DNA from: Tepidisphaeraceae bacterium
Lineage (GTDB): Bacteria > Planctomycetota > Phycisphaerae > Tepidisphaerales > Tepidisphaeraceae
Length of the DNA stretch: 64,000 nt
NCBI GenBank assembly: GCA_036001665.1
Contig: DASYUA010000257.1
Location: forward strand, 1-64,000
Direction: 5' to 3'
Each line of letters begins with the position of its first letter. Positions within the stretch are counted from its first letter, which is position 1. Of the stretch, positions 19,067-28,479 are shown one piece after another. Under the pieces are notes generated by a model that was not told where the DNA came from, searched no databases, and saw only the letters and a program-made list of their open reading frames with translations. Made by a program: the position numbers and the translations under genes.

Positions 19067-19630
19067 ATGAAGACGGTATTCACAACGGGCGAGGCGGCGG
19101 AGGTTTGCAAAGTCTCGCAACAGACCATCATCCGATGTTTTGACAGCGGCCGGCTGAAGGGATTTCGCGTGCCGGGAAGCCGGTTTCGGCGGATTCCGCG
19201 CGATGCCCTGCTGGCATTCATGAAGGAAAACGGGATTCCGGCGGATTCGCTCAACAACGGCAAGCGCAGGGTGCTGGTCGTGGATGACGATCCGGAGATT
19301 GTGGAGCTGTTTGTGGATGTGCTGGAGCGGGATGGACGATTTGAAGTGAAAACGGCCAGCAGCGGTTATGACGCGGGAATGCTGACGCAGGAATTCAATC
19401 CCGACCTGATCATCCTGGACTACATGCTGCCGGACATTAACGGTAATGTTGTTTGCCAGACGATCCGGCAGAACCCGGCGTTTGAGCACGTGAAAATCAT
19501 CATCGTGTCCGGGGTGGTGAATCAGGAGGAGATCAACGACCTTCTCAAATCGGGCGCTGATGAATTCGTGAAAAAGCCGTTTAACATTGAGAAATTGATC
19601 GAAAGAGTCGGAGAATTGCTGGAAGTGTGA
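19067..19630 (+). CDS. response regulator with N-terminal excisionase-type HTH plus receiver domain
   Basis: TGEAAEVCKVSQQTIIRCFDSGRLKGFRVPGSRFRRIPRDAL then VLVVDDD..LDYMLPDINGN..KKPF; GAGG RBS. Confidence 0.8.
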   Translation: MKTVFTTGEAAEVCKVSQQTIIRCFDSGRLKGFRVPGSRFRRIPRDALLAFMKENGIPADSLNNGKRRVLVVDDDPEIVELFVDVLERDGRFEVKTASSGYDAGMLTQEFNPDLIILDYMLPDINGNVVCQTIRQNPAFEHVKIIIVSGVVNQEEINDLLKSGADEFVKKPFNIEKLIERVGELLEV

Positions 19631-19672
19631 GGTCGGCCTTGGGCCGACGTCGGGCAGGAGTGCCCGACCTAC
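19631..19672. repeat. two tandem REP hairpins GGTCGGCCTTGGGCCGAC and GTCGGGCAGGAGTGCCCGACCTAC
   Basis: second hairpin is the reverse complement of the GTAGGTCGGGCACTCCTGCCCGAC family member at 5908. Confidence 0.6.
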
Positions 19673-19699
19673 CGCAAGCGCCTGGCAGAGCACTCGCCT

Positions 19700-21967
19700 A
19701 TGTCCGACCTCAAGGAAAAGCGCGTCGAGCTGATTCTTCAGCAATTGCAGCAATTGCCCACGCTGCCATCGGTGGCGGTGCGGGTCATGGAAGTGACGGG
19801 GCGGGATGACTCGACGGCGGCGGAAGTGGTGCAGCTCATTTCGGCGGACCAGTCGTTAACAGCCAAGATATTACAGTTGGTTCACAGGGCTTCGGCGGGC
19901 GTGCGCGGGGAAGTCAATTCGGTCGAGCGCGCGGTGGTGCTGCTGGGGTTTGAGGCGGTGCGCAGCGCGGTCCTGGCGGTTTCGGTTTTTCAATCGCTGG
20001 AGAGCGACCAGTCCCGGCCGCACAGCAGGTTTAATCGCGAAGAATTCTGGAAGCACTGCATCGCCGTGGCCAGCTGCGCGGAGCTGATTGCGGAGACGGC
20101 GCGGACGCGCCGGGAAGAGCTGGTGCCATCGGAGGCATTCGTCTGCGGGTTGCTGCACGACCTGGGCAAGGTGGCGCTGGATGTGATGCTGCCCAAGAGC
20201 TTCGACCGCGTTGTCGAGGCGGCCGATCTGCTGCGGGGCAACATCGCCGACGTGGAGCGGTCGGTGATTGGGCTGGATCACATGGTGATTGGCAAGCGTC
20301 TGGCCGAAAAGTGGCAGTTGCCGGCGACGATCCGCGATTGCATGTGGCTGCACGGGCAGAACCCCGATGCGCTGCCGGCCACGGTGAAAAATGCGCGGAT
20401 GGTGAACCTGATCACGCTGGCCGATGCGATCGTGCGCGAGCAGCATCTCGGTTACAGCGGGAACTACACGCTGCCTTATTACAAGGATGCGCTGATCAAC
20501 GCGGTGGGGACGAGTGAGCAGGCGATCAAGGACATGCAGCAGAAGCTGATCTCGAAGATCGAGCAGCGGGCGACAGCGCTGGGGCTGGGGCGGTCTTCGA
20601 GTAGTGAGCTTTATATTTCCGCGCTCAACCAGGCGAATCAGGAACTGGGGCGGATGAGCGAACAATTGGCCGCCAAGAACCGGCGGCTGGCATTGCGGGC
20701 GAAATTTTTTGATGCGCTGGCCCAGTTCCAGGGTGAATTGCGGCCGGATGCGCCGCCGGCGATGGTGATGGCGGCGATTGGGCAGACGGCAACGGCGGTT
20801 TTGCAGAGCGCGCCGGCCGCGGTCTTTTCGATTCTGCCGGGGCAACTGTTCGCGGAGGTGGTCCTGATCGATGGATCGGGCGACGTGGTGGCGACCAGTG
20901 TGATGGACTGCCCGCCGAAGTTCGCCAAGCCCCTGGATGGAGAAGGTCCGGTTTTGAATGCCGCCGACGATCTGGAGTGGATCATGGCCGGGATTTCGCC
21001 GCGTCTGGCGGCCGACCACCGGTTCTGGATCTGCCTGGAGACGGAATCCTCCTGCATCGGCGGGGTGGTATGGGGGGCCAAGACCGGCGAGGCGCAGCGG
21101 CTAAGCCCGCAGGCGGCGGAACTGTCCGCGCTGTGCACCGGCTGGAGCCTGGCGTTGCGGACGGCACAGATTCGCGAGGAGTCACGCACTTTGGCCGAGC
21201 AGTTGGCCGAGGCGAACCGCCAGTTGCACAATGCCCAAAACGAATTGCTGCGAAGCCGGACGCTGGTGACGGTGGGCGAGATGGCCGCGGGGGCGGCGCA
21301 CGAGATGAACAATCCGCTGGCGGTGATCAGCGGGCGCTCGCAGTTGCTGGCGACGCAGTTGCAGGACCCGAAGCTGAAGCACGCGGCCAACACGATCGCC
21401 GAGCAGAGTCACCGGCTGAGCCAGATCATTACGGACCTGATGGAGTTTGCCAAACCGGTGCCGCCGAACATTCAGCAGGCGGATTTGGCGGAGCTTCTGG
21501 AGCGGACGATCTACGAGGTGAAGGGAATGACCGACGCCGCCGGCCGCAAAATCGAAGTTACTATGGGCGAGGTGCCGCCGGTGAAGGTGGACGTGCAGCA
21601 GGTGCAGGCAGCGCTGGTTGAAGTCCTTCACAACGCGGTGCAAGCGACCGATGAAAGAACTGGAGAAGTGATCATTCACGCGGCGTACGACTCTTTTTCG
21701 TCGCGCGTGGTGGTGAGCGTGAGCGACAATGGCTGCGGGATGGACGGCGAGACGCTCAAGCGCGCGTTCGATCCGTTCTTCAGCAGCCTCAAGGCAGGAA
21801 GACGCAGAGGGCTGGGATTGCCCAAGGCGCTGCGGTGGGTGGAATCGAGCGGCGGATCGATCCGCCTCGAAAGCCATCCCCGGCAGGGAACGCGGGCGAT
21901 GATCCTGCTTCCGGCGGCGTGGCCGGTGGCGGGCGAGACAGTAGTGGAGGAGAAGAAGGAAGCGTGA
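19700..21967 (+). CDS. HDOD-domain sensor histidine kinase
   Basis: N-terminal HDOD (LPTLPSVAVRVMEV..), HisKA (AHEMNNPLAVISG), HATPase_c (SDNGCGMD..GLGL). Confidence 0.85.
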   Translation: MSDLKEKRVELILQQLQQLPTLPSVAVRVMEVTGRDDSTAAEVVQLISADQSLTAKILQLVHRASAGVRGEVNSVERAVVLLGFEAVRSAVLAVSVFQSLESDQSRPHSRFNREEFWKHCIAVASCAELIAETARTRREELVPSEAFVCGLLHDLGKVALDVMLPKSFDRVVEAADLLRGNIADVERSVIGLDHMVIGKRLAEKWQLPATIRDCMWLHGQNPDALPATVKNARMVNLITLADAIVREQHLGYSGNYTLPYYKDALINAVGTSEQAIKDMQQKLISKIEQRATALGLGRSSSSELYISALNQANQELGRMSEQLAAKNRRLALRAKFFDALAQFQGELRPDAPPAMVMAAIGQTATAVLQSAPAAVFSILPGQLFAEVVLIDGSGDVVATSVMDCPPKFAKPLDGEGPVLNAADDLEWIMAGISPRLAADHRFWICLETESSCIGGVVWGAKTGEAQRLSPQAAELSALCTGWSLALRTAQIREESRTLAEQLAEANRQLHNAQNELLRSRTLVTVGEMAAGAAHEMNNPLAVISGRSQLLATQLQDPKLKHAANTIAEQSHRLSQIITDLMEFAKPVPPNIQQADLAELLERTIYEVKGMTDAAGRKIEVTMGEVPPVKVDVQQVQAALVEVLHNAVQATDERTGEVIIHAAYDSFSSRVVVSVSDNGCGMDGETLKRAFDPFFSSLKAGRRRGLGLPKALRWVESSGGSIRLESHPRQGTRAMILLPAAWPVAGETVVEEKKEA

Positions 21968-21969
21968 GG

Positions 21970-22068
21970 AATTTAATGATTTAGGGATTTAATCATTTAA
22001 TCATTGCAGACGCACCCAATATCGGGGAGCCGCTCAATGACTAAATCATTAAATCATTAAATGATTAA
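21970..22068. promoter_or_regulatory. AT-rich imperfect palindrome (about 38-bp arms of TTTAATCATT repeats) between the kinase and REC-GAF genes
   Basis: gaatttaatgatttagggatttaatcatttaatcattg .. caatgactaaatcattaaatcattaaatgattaaattc; stands out against about 65% GC background. Confidence 0.5.
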
Positions 22069-22092
22069 ATTCTCCCGTAGCGGGAGAGAAGA

Positions 22093-23232
22093 ATGGCAGT
22101 GGTCAGCAGCAAAAGTCTGAGCAAATTCCGGCCACGGATGCTGGTGGTGGATGATGAGCCGGGGATGCTCGACCTCTTCCGCGACCTGGTGGCCAAGGCG
22201 GTGAATTGCCAGCCCTTTTTTGCATCAAACCTCCTGGATGCGCGGACGGTAATGGCGGAGCAATCGATTGACCTGCTCGTCGCCGATGTGAATTTGCCGG
22301 ATGGCGATGGAACTTCGCTGCTGGAGGAGCTGAGCCGGCGGCACCCGATGGCGGCCGCGGTGATGATGAGCGGCGAGCCGAGCGTGGACCGCACCATCAG
22401 CGCCATGCGGGGCGGGGCGCTGGATTTTCTGGCCAAGCCGTTTTCCCCCGATCAGATGGCCGAGCGCATTCGCAAGGCGCTGATCACCCATCGCATGAGG
22501 CGCGTGCAGGAGAGGCGGTTTGCCAAGTTGAAAGACACCTGCAAAAAGTTGAACGAGGCGCGGCGGACGATCAGCAAGAAGGTCGATTTGCTCTGCAACG
22601 ATCTGATCACGGCGTATGGCGAGCTGTCGCGAAATCTGGAAACCGTGCGCTTGCAGGAGGGTTTTGGGCAGTTCATTGCCAAGGCCAACGGCCTGGAGCA
22701 GTTGCTCTGTCACACGATGGACTGGCTGCTGCGGCAGGTGGGTTATTGCAACATTGGCATCTGGCTGGCCAGCGCTGAGCACGATTTACAGCTTGGCGCG
22801 TTCATGAAATACACCATCGCGGCCGAGCCGCCGCTGATGGAAGCAATGCAGAAGAATCTGTTGAAGCTGACCATGAGGCGCGGTTTTGTGCGGCTGGGTG
22901 CGGCCGATACAAAGGCGACACTCACTCCGGGCGAGCTGAAATATCTGGCCGAGCAGGAGATTCTGGCGATCAACTGCACTTATCTCGGCGAGTCACTGGC
23001 GGTGATGGCGCTATTCCGGGATCACAACACACCGTTTAGCTCCGATGATGTGGCCGCGCTGAAGACCATGTCGCCATTGTTCGCACTATCGTTGGCGCGG
23101 GCGGTGAGGACCGGCGAGGGGGAGAATGAAGAGCCGCCCGAGGGCACGCCTCCGCCGGCCAATGAGCACAACAAGCCCAAGAAGAAAGACCCTGCGGATT
23201 GGTGGAAAACCGGGGAAGCGCCGCCGTTTTGA
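22093..23232 (+). CDS. response regulator: receiver domain plus C-terminal GAF-like domain
   Basis: MLVVDDEPGM..DVNLPDGDG..LAKPF receiver; C-terminal about 200 aa alpha/beta region, no DNA-binding domain. Confidence 0.75.
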   Translation: MAVVSSKSLSKFRPRMLVVDDEPGMLDLFRDLVAKAVNCQPFFASNLLDARTVMAEQSIDLLVADVNLPDGDGTSLLEELSRRHPMAAAVMMSGEPSVDRTISAMRGGALDFLAKPFSPDQMAERIRKALITHRMRRVQERRFAKLKDTCKKLNEARRTISKKVDLLCNDLITAYGELSRNLETVRLQEGFGQFIAKANGLEQLLCHTMDWLLRQVGYCNIGIWLASAEHDLQLGAFMKYTIAAEPPLMEAMQKNLLKLTMRRGFVRLGAADTKATLTPGELKYLAEQEILAINCTYLGESLAVMALFRDHNTPFSSDDVAALKTMSPLFALSLARAVRTGEGENEEPPEGTPPPANEHNKPKKKDPADWWKTGEAPPF

Positions 23233-23271
23233 GTTCTTGCCTCAGCGCCTACTTTAGCGTATATTTAAATA

Positions 23272-23574
23272 GTGACCGCCGCCGCGCGACGCGCTCTGGC
23301 AATTATCCAGGAATGTCTGGCCTCGGATCGCGTCGTGGTCTTGCCGCATTTTCTGCGGCGGCTGGATCAGCGGGGGCTCTTTTGGCCGGACGTCCAGGCC
23401 GTAATCGAGCCCCCGAAGGATATTCGGCCGCGTGGCAGGGATGCCTGGGACAGGCCGATCTGGGTCGTGAACGGAAAGGCCGCGGATGGATTGGATCTCG
23501 CCATCGTTTGCGCCCTCGATCACGATGATCGCGGTAAAGTGACCACGTTTATCACGATCCATTGGCAGGATTAA
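23272..23574 (+). CDS. DUF4258-like small protein (putative toxin of a TA-like pair)
   Basis: 100 aa; 4-nt gap to the following HTH gene. Confidence 0.45.
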   Translation: MTAAARRALAIIQECLASDRVVVLPHFLRRLDQRGLFWPDVQAVIEPPKDIRPRGRDAWDRPIWVVNGKAADGLDLAIVCALDHDDRGKVTTFITIHWQD

Positions 23575-23577
23575 TTT

Positions 23578-23997
23578 ATGAGGTCGGGCATTCGAAAAAA
23601 GCGTGGCCGCCCTCGTCCGGCAGCACTCTCGCATCCTGACGTGCCTTACACGATGAAGCTTGCGGATGGGCGCCGGGTTTATGTTGAGGTGCCGGGACGA
23701 TGGACGGTTCGGGACCGCAGCGGGGAAGTCGGATTCACGATGGACGGAGCCCGGTTCCTGGATCGAATCCGTGCGCTCATGATCAAAATAGATGGACCAC
23801 CGAGCCCTGGATACCTCATTTCACTGCGAGAGGCGCTGGGGTTAACCCAGAACGAGCTTGGCCGGAAGATCGGTGTGAACAAGGTGACGATCTCTCGTTG
23901 GGAACGGGGGGAACTGAGGCCCGGCGCAGCTTCAATTCTCGCTCTACAGATTCTGCGAGACCGCTCAGTTAGACAAGGGGTGCTGCTGGCGGGATAG
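23578..23997 (+). CDS. XRE-family HTH protein (putative antitoxin/regulator)
   Basis: LTQNELGRKIGVNKVTISRWERGE Cro/C1-type HTH at the C-terminal half. Confidence 0.6.
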   Translation: MRSGIRKKRGRPRPAALSHPDVPYTMKLADGRRVYVEVPGRWTVRDRSGEVGFTMDGARFLDRIRALMIKIDGPPSPGYLISLREALGLTQNELGRKIGVNKVTISRWERGELRPGAASILALQILRDRSVRQGVLLAG

Positions 23998-24008
23998 CCC
24001 GCGAAGCA

Positions 24009-25574
24009 TCATCCACCCACAAGATCAACCTGAAGCCTCACCACATCCTTGTCCTTATCCTTCTCGCCTTTGAGCACCAGCGCATGGAACGACGTGGGGC
24101 TGTCCCAGGCGACGCGTGAGCCGCGCATGCTGCCGGCGTGCTCTTTGGATTCGGTTTCATCCACCACAAAGAAAGGCTTGTTCTCGCGGCGGGCCTCATA
24201 AGCGATGTGTTTGCCATCGGGGCTGAAGGCGAGATTGTCGGGAACGATGCCGTCGTAGTCGTTCTTCGCCTCGATCCCATTGAGCACAACGCACTGCTTC
24301 TTGCCCCTGGCCACCACATACGCCATCTGCTTGCCATCGCTGCTGAAGAGCAGGTTGGCGATGCCCTCATAGCCCCGGCCTTCGGCATTGTCGATCACTG
24401 CATAAACGCGGCGGTCACGCAGGGCGATGTACGCCATCTTTTTGCTGTCCGGGCTGAACTGGGCCAGCCGCACATCGTCGTATTCCTTGCCCTCGATGCC
24501 GTCGATCACCACGATGGTCTTATTTTTGTTCTTCACGCACTGAAAGCTGATTCGCTTGGAATCGGGACTGAAGATGAAGCCATCAACCTTCAACGCCTCA
24601 TACGGCTGCGTTTCCTCGCCGTCGATCACATAAAACATTTCCTGCTTGTCCTTGTCCTTGGGATCGGTGCGGGTGGCGATGTAGGCCAGCCGCTTGGAAT
24701 CCGGGCTGAAGCGGATGCTCTCGCTGATAATCCGGCGATATTCCTTCTGCTCCTTCTCATCGAGCACCACCCTGGCCTTGTTGTCCTCGGGGATGCCGAC
24801 ATAAAGCAGGTGCTGTCCGTCGGGGCTGAACATCGGGCGGCCGCTTTCCTTATATGGCTTGCCTTCCTTGCCGTCGGCGATGATCAGCACCTTGCTGTCG
24901 CGGACCGCGCCATAGGCATAATGCTTGCCATCGGCGCTCCACGTGAAGCTCGAGCCGGCGACCTTGTCGTATTCCTTTTCGCCGCCAACGGCATTGTCGA
25001 TGACGAAGAACTGCTTGCCGCCGGTTTCCACGCCAAAGGCGACGCGCTTGCCATCAGGGCTGAAGGAGAGGTTGCCCACCTGGTCGAATTCCTTGCTCTC
25101 TTCGCCGTCGATCACCACGATCCATTTGCCGCCCGCCTTGGGTCGGGCGTAATAGGCGTAGCGCGGGCCGGCCGGGCTGAAGACGATGTTGGAGGAGGCG
25201 ATTTCGCGATACGGCTTGCCGTCCTTGCCATCCACCACGGCGAACATGGTGTCGCCCTGCTGGACGACGTAGGCGCTGCGCTTGCCATCGGAGCTGAAAG
25301 TCAGGCTGCGGGCAACGATCCAGTCATATTCCCTGCCGGGGGCGCCATCCATGGTGACCAGGTACTTCTCGCCCTTCTGCGACAGGACGGCCAGATGGTT
25401 GTAGTCGGTGCTGATGGAGAGGGCGCGGGTGTCCTTGTTCTCGGCCAGCTTGCCGAGGACCGTTTCCTTTTCAATGAGCGTGAGCTTTTTGGGCGTTTCC
25501 TGGGCGAGCAGGGGCAGGGTGCTGAAGGTGAGCAGGAAGAGGGCAAGTGCCGCTGCCCCGATGAGCTTCCTCAT
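24009..25574 (-). CDS. secreted WD40-like (TolB/PD40) beta-propeller repeat protein
   Basis: signal peptide MRKLIGAAALALFLLTFSTLPLLAQ; at least 8 FSPDGKR/FSSDGK repeats; AAGGAG RBS. Confidence 0.8.
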   Translation of the reverse strand: MRKLIGAAALALFLLTFSTLPLLAQETPKKLTLIEKETVLGKLAENKDTRALSISTDYNHLAVLSQKGEKYLVTMDGAPGREYDWIVARSLTFSSDGKRSAYVVQQGDTMFAVVDGKDGKPYREIASSNIVFSPAGPRYAYYARPKAGGKWIVVIDGEESKEFDQVGNLSFSPDGKRVAFGVETGGKQFFVIDNAVGGEKEYDKVAGSSFTWSADGKHYAYGAVRDSKVLIIADGKEGKPYKESGRPMFSPDGQHLLYVGIPEDNKARVVLDEKEQKEYRRIISESIRFSPDSKRLAYIATRTDPKDKDKQEMFYVIDGEETQPYEALKVDGFIFSPDSKRISFQCVKNKNKTIVVIDGIEGKEYDDVRLAQFSPDSKKMAYIALRDRRVYAVIDNAEGRGYEGIANLLFSSDGKQMAYVVARGKKQCVVLNGIEAKNDYDGIVPDNLAFSPDGKHIAYEARRENKPFFVVDETESKEHAGSMRGSRVAWDSPTSFHALVLKGEKDKDKDVVRLQVDLVGG

Positions 25575-25756
25575 ATCGATCTCCTTTTGCATTCAAATGC
25601 GTGTTGTGCGGCCAGCGCCAGGACGCCGGGATGGCCGGGATGCAGAGCATACCGGAGGCATTAATCTCTTTTAATAGCCGCCACGAGGATTACGCGGTCT
25701 TTTTGAAGATGTTTGCCGCGCTTCGCTCCGCCGTCAAATAAAGTACACATTCGGTT

Positions 25757-27388
25757 TTGCCCGGTTGGCGCGAGCTTCAGGAGATCCTGAAACAAATGCC
25801 CGGATGCTGGCTATTATTGGACGTGAGAACACGCCTTTTGATCCGGGCAATTTTAGCCCTGTTGATGCTGGTGACGATGGCGCCCCTGGGATTTGCCCCG
25901 GCCGCGCTGCCCACGCTCCCGGCGACACAGCCGGCCACCCGTCCGGCGAGCCGCCCCAGTGATATCGACCGCCGCAAGCTGCGGCAACTGGGCCGCAAGG
26001 CATTGGAGGCGGCCAAGGCGGGAAAGCTGGAGGAGGCCGAGGCCGCGCTTTCGCAGGCGCTGATCATCGATCCGACCCATTCCACCAATTTGTACAACAT
26101 GGCGTGCATCAAGGCCCTGCGGGGACGGCAGGAGGCGGCCATTGATTACCTGGAGCGGGCCGCCGTGGAGGGATTCACCGATTTTATTCATCTGGAGCGC
26201 GACGCGGATCTGGTCTCGCTGCGGCCCCTGGAGAGGTACAAGAAATTCATCGCCCGCAAGGCCGAATGGCAGCGTAAGGCGGCGGAAAAAGTGATTTCGG
26301 TCCTCCGGCGCGAATTCGGGGAGGGATACATCTATGAGGTGGATGATGCGGACAAACTCATATTCGCAACCAACACCGATCCGCAGACCCTGGCGGCATT
26401 GAAAAAATGGCTCAGTGCCCAGGCGCGCAGCCAGTGGGACCAGCTTTTTGAGCATCGGCCGGATCAGTACATCAGCGTCATTCTTCCTTCCCCGACCGAT
26501 TACCGGAACATCGTGACCATGCCGGGAGTGGGCGGGTTTTACAACCATGAAAACCGCATTCTCATCGCCCAGCGGCTCGGGCAGATCATGACCCACGAGT
26601 TCACGCACGCGATGCACTCGGCCGACCTGGACCCGCTGGGGCAGGAGCACCCCATCTGGCTGACGGAGGGCATCGCCACGATGTACGAGGCGGGACGATT
26701 CGAAAATGATGTGCTGATCCCGGCCGACAATTTCCGGCTGGGACCACTGAAGCAGGCGGCGGCGCGAAATCGGCTGATTCCGTTCGACAAGCTGATGAAG
26801 ATGGACCAAAAGTCGTTCGTGAACAATGCGACGATCGCGTATGGCGAGTCCGGAAGTCTGCTGCTCTATCTGCATTCGAAGGATTTGCTGCGGAAGTTTT
26901 ATGACACGTTCAAGGAAGGGTTTGAGAAGGACAAGACCGGCGCGGCCGCGCTTCAGGAAGTAACCGGCATGCCGCTGGCGCAGTTGGAGAAGGAGTGGAA
27001 GGAGTGGATGCTTCAGCGGACGCCGCCGACGTTGCAAACCGGGCAAAATGGGGTGGTCCTTGGCGTTCGCTTCGGCCAGGGAAATGACGGGCTGAAGATC
27101 GATCAGGTTTTTCCATTGGGCCCGGCCGCCAAGGCAGGGATGCTAACGGGTGATGTGATTGTGGGAATCGGCGACGTCGATACGCGCGATCAGCAGTCGT
27201 TTGTGCCGCTGCTGGCGCTGCACAAGCCGGGGGAGAAGGTGATGATCAAGTTCAGGCGCGGGCAGGAATATCTGACCGTGCCGATCCTTTTGATCGAGCG
27301 CGGCAGGATCGCCTGGGGCATTCCCGCCACTCGCCCGAGCACGCGGCCGACAACCCGCCCAGCGCCTTTGCCGGCTTCACGTCGGTGA
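25757..27388 (+). CDS. putative zinc metalloprotease (HExxH) with TPR region and C-terminal PDZ domain
   Basis: HEFTHAMH..LTEGIA gluzincin-like; PDZ (GVVLGVRFGQ..GMLTGDVIVGIGD); start uncertain. Confidence 0.65.
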   Translation: MPGWRELQEILKQMPGCWLLLDVRTRLLIRAILALLMLVTMAPLGFAPAALPTLPATQPATRPASRPSDIDRRKLRQLGRKALEAAKAGKLEEAEAALSQALIIDPTHSTNLYNMACIKALRGRQEAAIDYLERAAVEGFTDFIHLERDADLVSLRPLERYKKFIARKAEWQRKAAEKVISVLRREFGEGYIYEVDDADKLIFATNTDPQTLAALKKWLSAQARSQWDQLFEHRPDQYISVILPSPTDYRNIVTMPGVGGFYNHENRILIAQRLGQIMTHEFTHAMHSADLDPLGQEHPIWLTEGIATMYEAGRFENDVLIPADNFRLGPLKQAAARNRLIPFDKLMKMDQKSFVNNATIAYGESGSLLLYLHSKDLLRKFYDTFKEGFEKDKTGAAALQEVTGMPLAQLEKEWKEWMLQRTPPTLQTGQNGVVLGVRFGQGNDGLKIDQVFPLGPAAKAGMLTGDVIVGIGDVDTRDQQSFVPLLALHKPGEKVMIKFRRGQEYLTVPILLIERGRIAWGIPATRPSTRPTTRPAPLPASRR

Positions 27389-27430
27389 TGCTTCTTTACA
27401 GCGGCCACCAGCGCCGCTAACTTTGCCCCC

Positions 27431-28129
27431 GTGAGTCTTTGGCCGCGGGCATTGTTGTTCGATTTCGATGGGGTCATCGTTGACAGCGAGCCGCTCCATT
27501 TCCTGGCATTCCAGGAAGTCCTCAAGGGCGAGCACATCGATCTCACCGAGGATGAGTATTACGACGAGCTGATCGGCTTTGACGACAAAGGGGCCTTCAA
27601 GCACGTCTTCGAAAAACGCGGCCGGCAGCTCGATCCCAAGACATTCCTGCGGGTGATGACCTACAAAAAAGAAGCGATGATGCTTCAGATTCACAGCCGA
27701 AAGTACCAGGCGCTGCCGGGGGTGGAGGAATTCGTGCGCGGCGTCTGGCGGCACTATCCGCTGGCCATCTGCTCGGGGGCGCTGCGGGAGGAAATCGAGA
27801 CCATGCTCGAGGGCGTGAGCCTGCGCGATTGTTTCTCCGTGATCGTCTCCGCCGAGGATGTGACCAGGGGCAAGCCCGATCCGGAGGGATATCTGCTCTC
27901 AGTGCAGATGATCTCCGACAAAATCAAAAAAGGCTTGCAGCCGGGAGATTGCCTGGTGATCGAGGATGCCCCGCTGGTGGCGAAATCGGTGAGGACCGTG
28001 GGCTTTCCGGTGCTGGGGGTGGCCACCACCCATTCGATGGATAGATTTGAGGATGCCAATTGGAGTGTGAAGACGCTGGATCCGGATGAGGTGCAGAAAG
28101 TATTGCCGGGGATAAGGATGACGCGATGA
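27431..28129 (+). CDS. HAD-superfamily hydrolase (subfamily IA, beta-phosphoglucomutase-like)
   Basis: LFDFDGVIVDSE motif I; CLVIEDAP. Confidence 0.85.
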   Translation: MSLWPRALLFDFDGVIVDSEPLHFLAFQEVLKGEHIDLTEDEYYDELIGFDDKGAFKHVFEKRGRQLDPKTFLRVMTYKKEAMMLQIHSRKYQALPGVEEFVRGVWRHYPLAICSGALREEIETMLEGVSLRDCFSVIVSAEDVTRGKPDPEGYLLSVQMISDKIKKGLQPGDCLVIEDAPLVAKSVRTVGFPVLGVATTHSMDRFEDANWSVKTLDPDEVQKVLPGIRMTR

Positions 28130-28473
28130 AGAAGGTTCTTGTTTTGACGTGGATGATGCTCCTGGCTTGGGCAACCGCCTGCCGGGCAGAGGAGCATGGT
28201 GCAGCGGCGGCGCCAACCCACGGCGCTGAGCACGCCGTCGATACCGCGCCGCATCCGGGCGTGCCCGAACACCCAGCCTGGGCCCGGCCGGTGGCAATGC
28301 TGATCGCTGTGATGTTTTTGCTCGCCATCCCAATCGGTGTTTTTATCAGGGCAACGATGCCTGAAGAGGTGCCGCCGGCACACGCGCACGATGAACATCA
28401 CGGCCATAAGGACCCGCATGGCGATCCTGGCTTGGGCGGACATGATGCGCATGGACACGCGCCGCATCATTAA
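28126..28473 (+). CDS. secreted His-rich small protein with one TM helix
   Basis: signal peptide; TM PVAMLIAVMFLLAIPIGVFI; C-terminal HAHDEHHGHKDPHGDPGLGGHDAHGHAPHH; ATGA overlap with the HAD gene. Confidence 0.45.
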   Translation: MKKVLVLTWMMLLAWATACRAEEHGAAAAPTHGAEHAVDTAPHPGVPEHPAWARPVAMLIAVMFLLAIPIGVFIRATMPEEVPPAHAHDEHHGHKDPHGDPGLGGHDAHGHAPHH

Positions 28474-28479
28474 ACAGAT

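Noticed and set aside
19871-21019. 382-aa minus-strand ORF (Arg/Pro/His-rich) inside the histidine kinase gene
   Set aside because: Antisense shadow ORF. The kinase frame has HDOD, HisKA and HATPase motifs.
24138-25664. 508-aa plus-strand ORF opposite the WD40-like gene
   Set aside because: Antisense. The minus frame shows repeated FSPDGK propeller blades and a signal peptide.
25853-27046. 397-aa minus-strand ORF opposite the HExxH-PDZ gene
   Set aside because: Arg/Leu/Gln-rich shadow frame.
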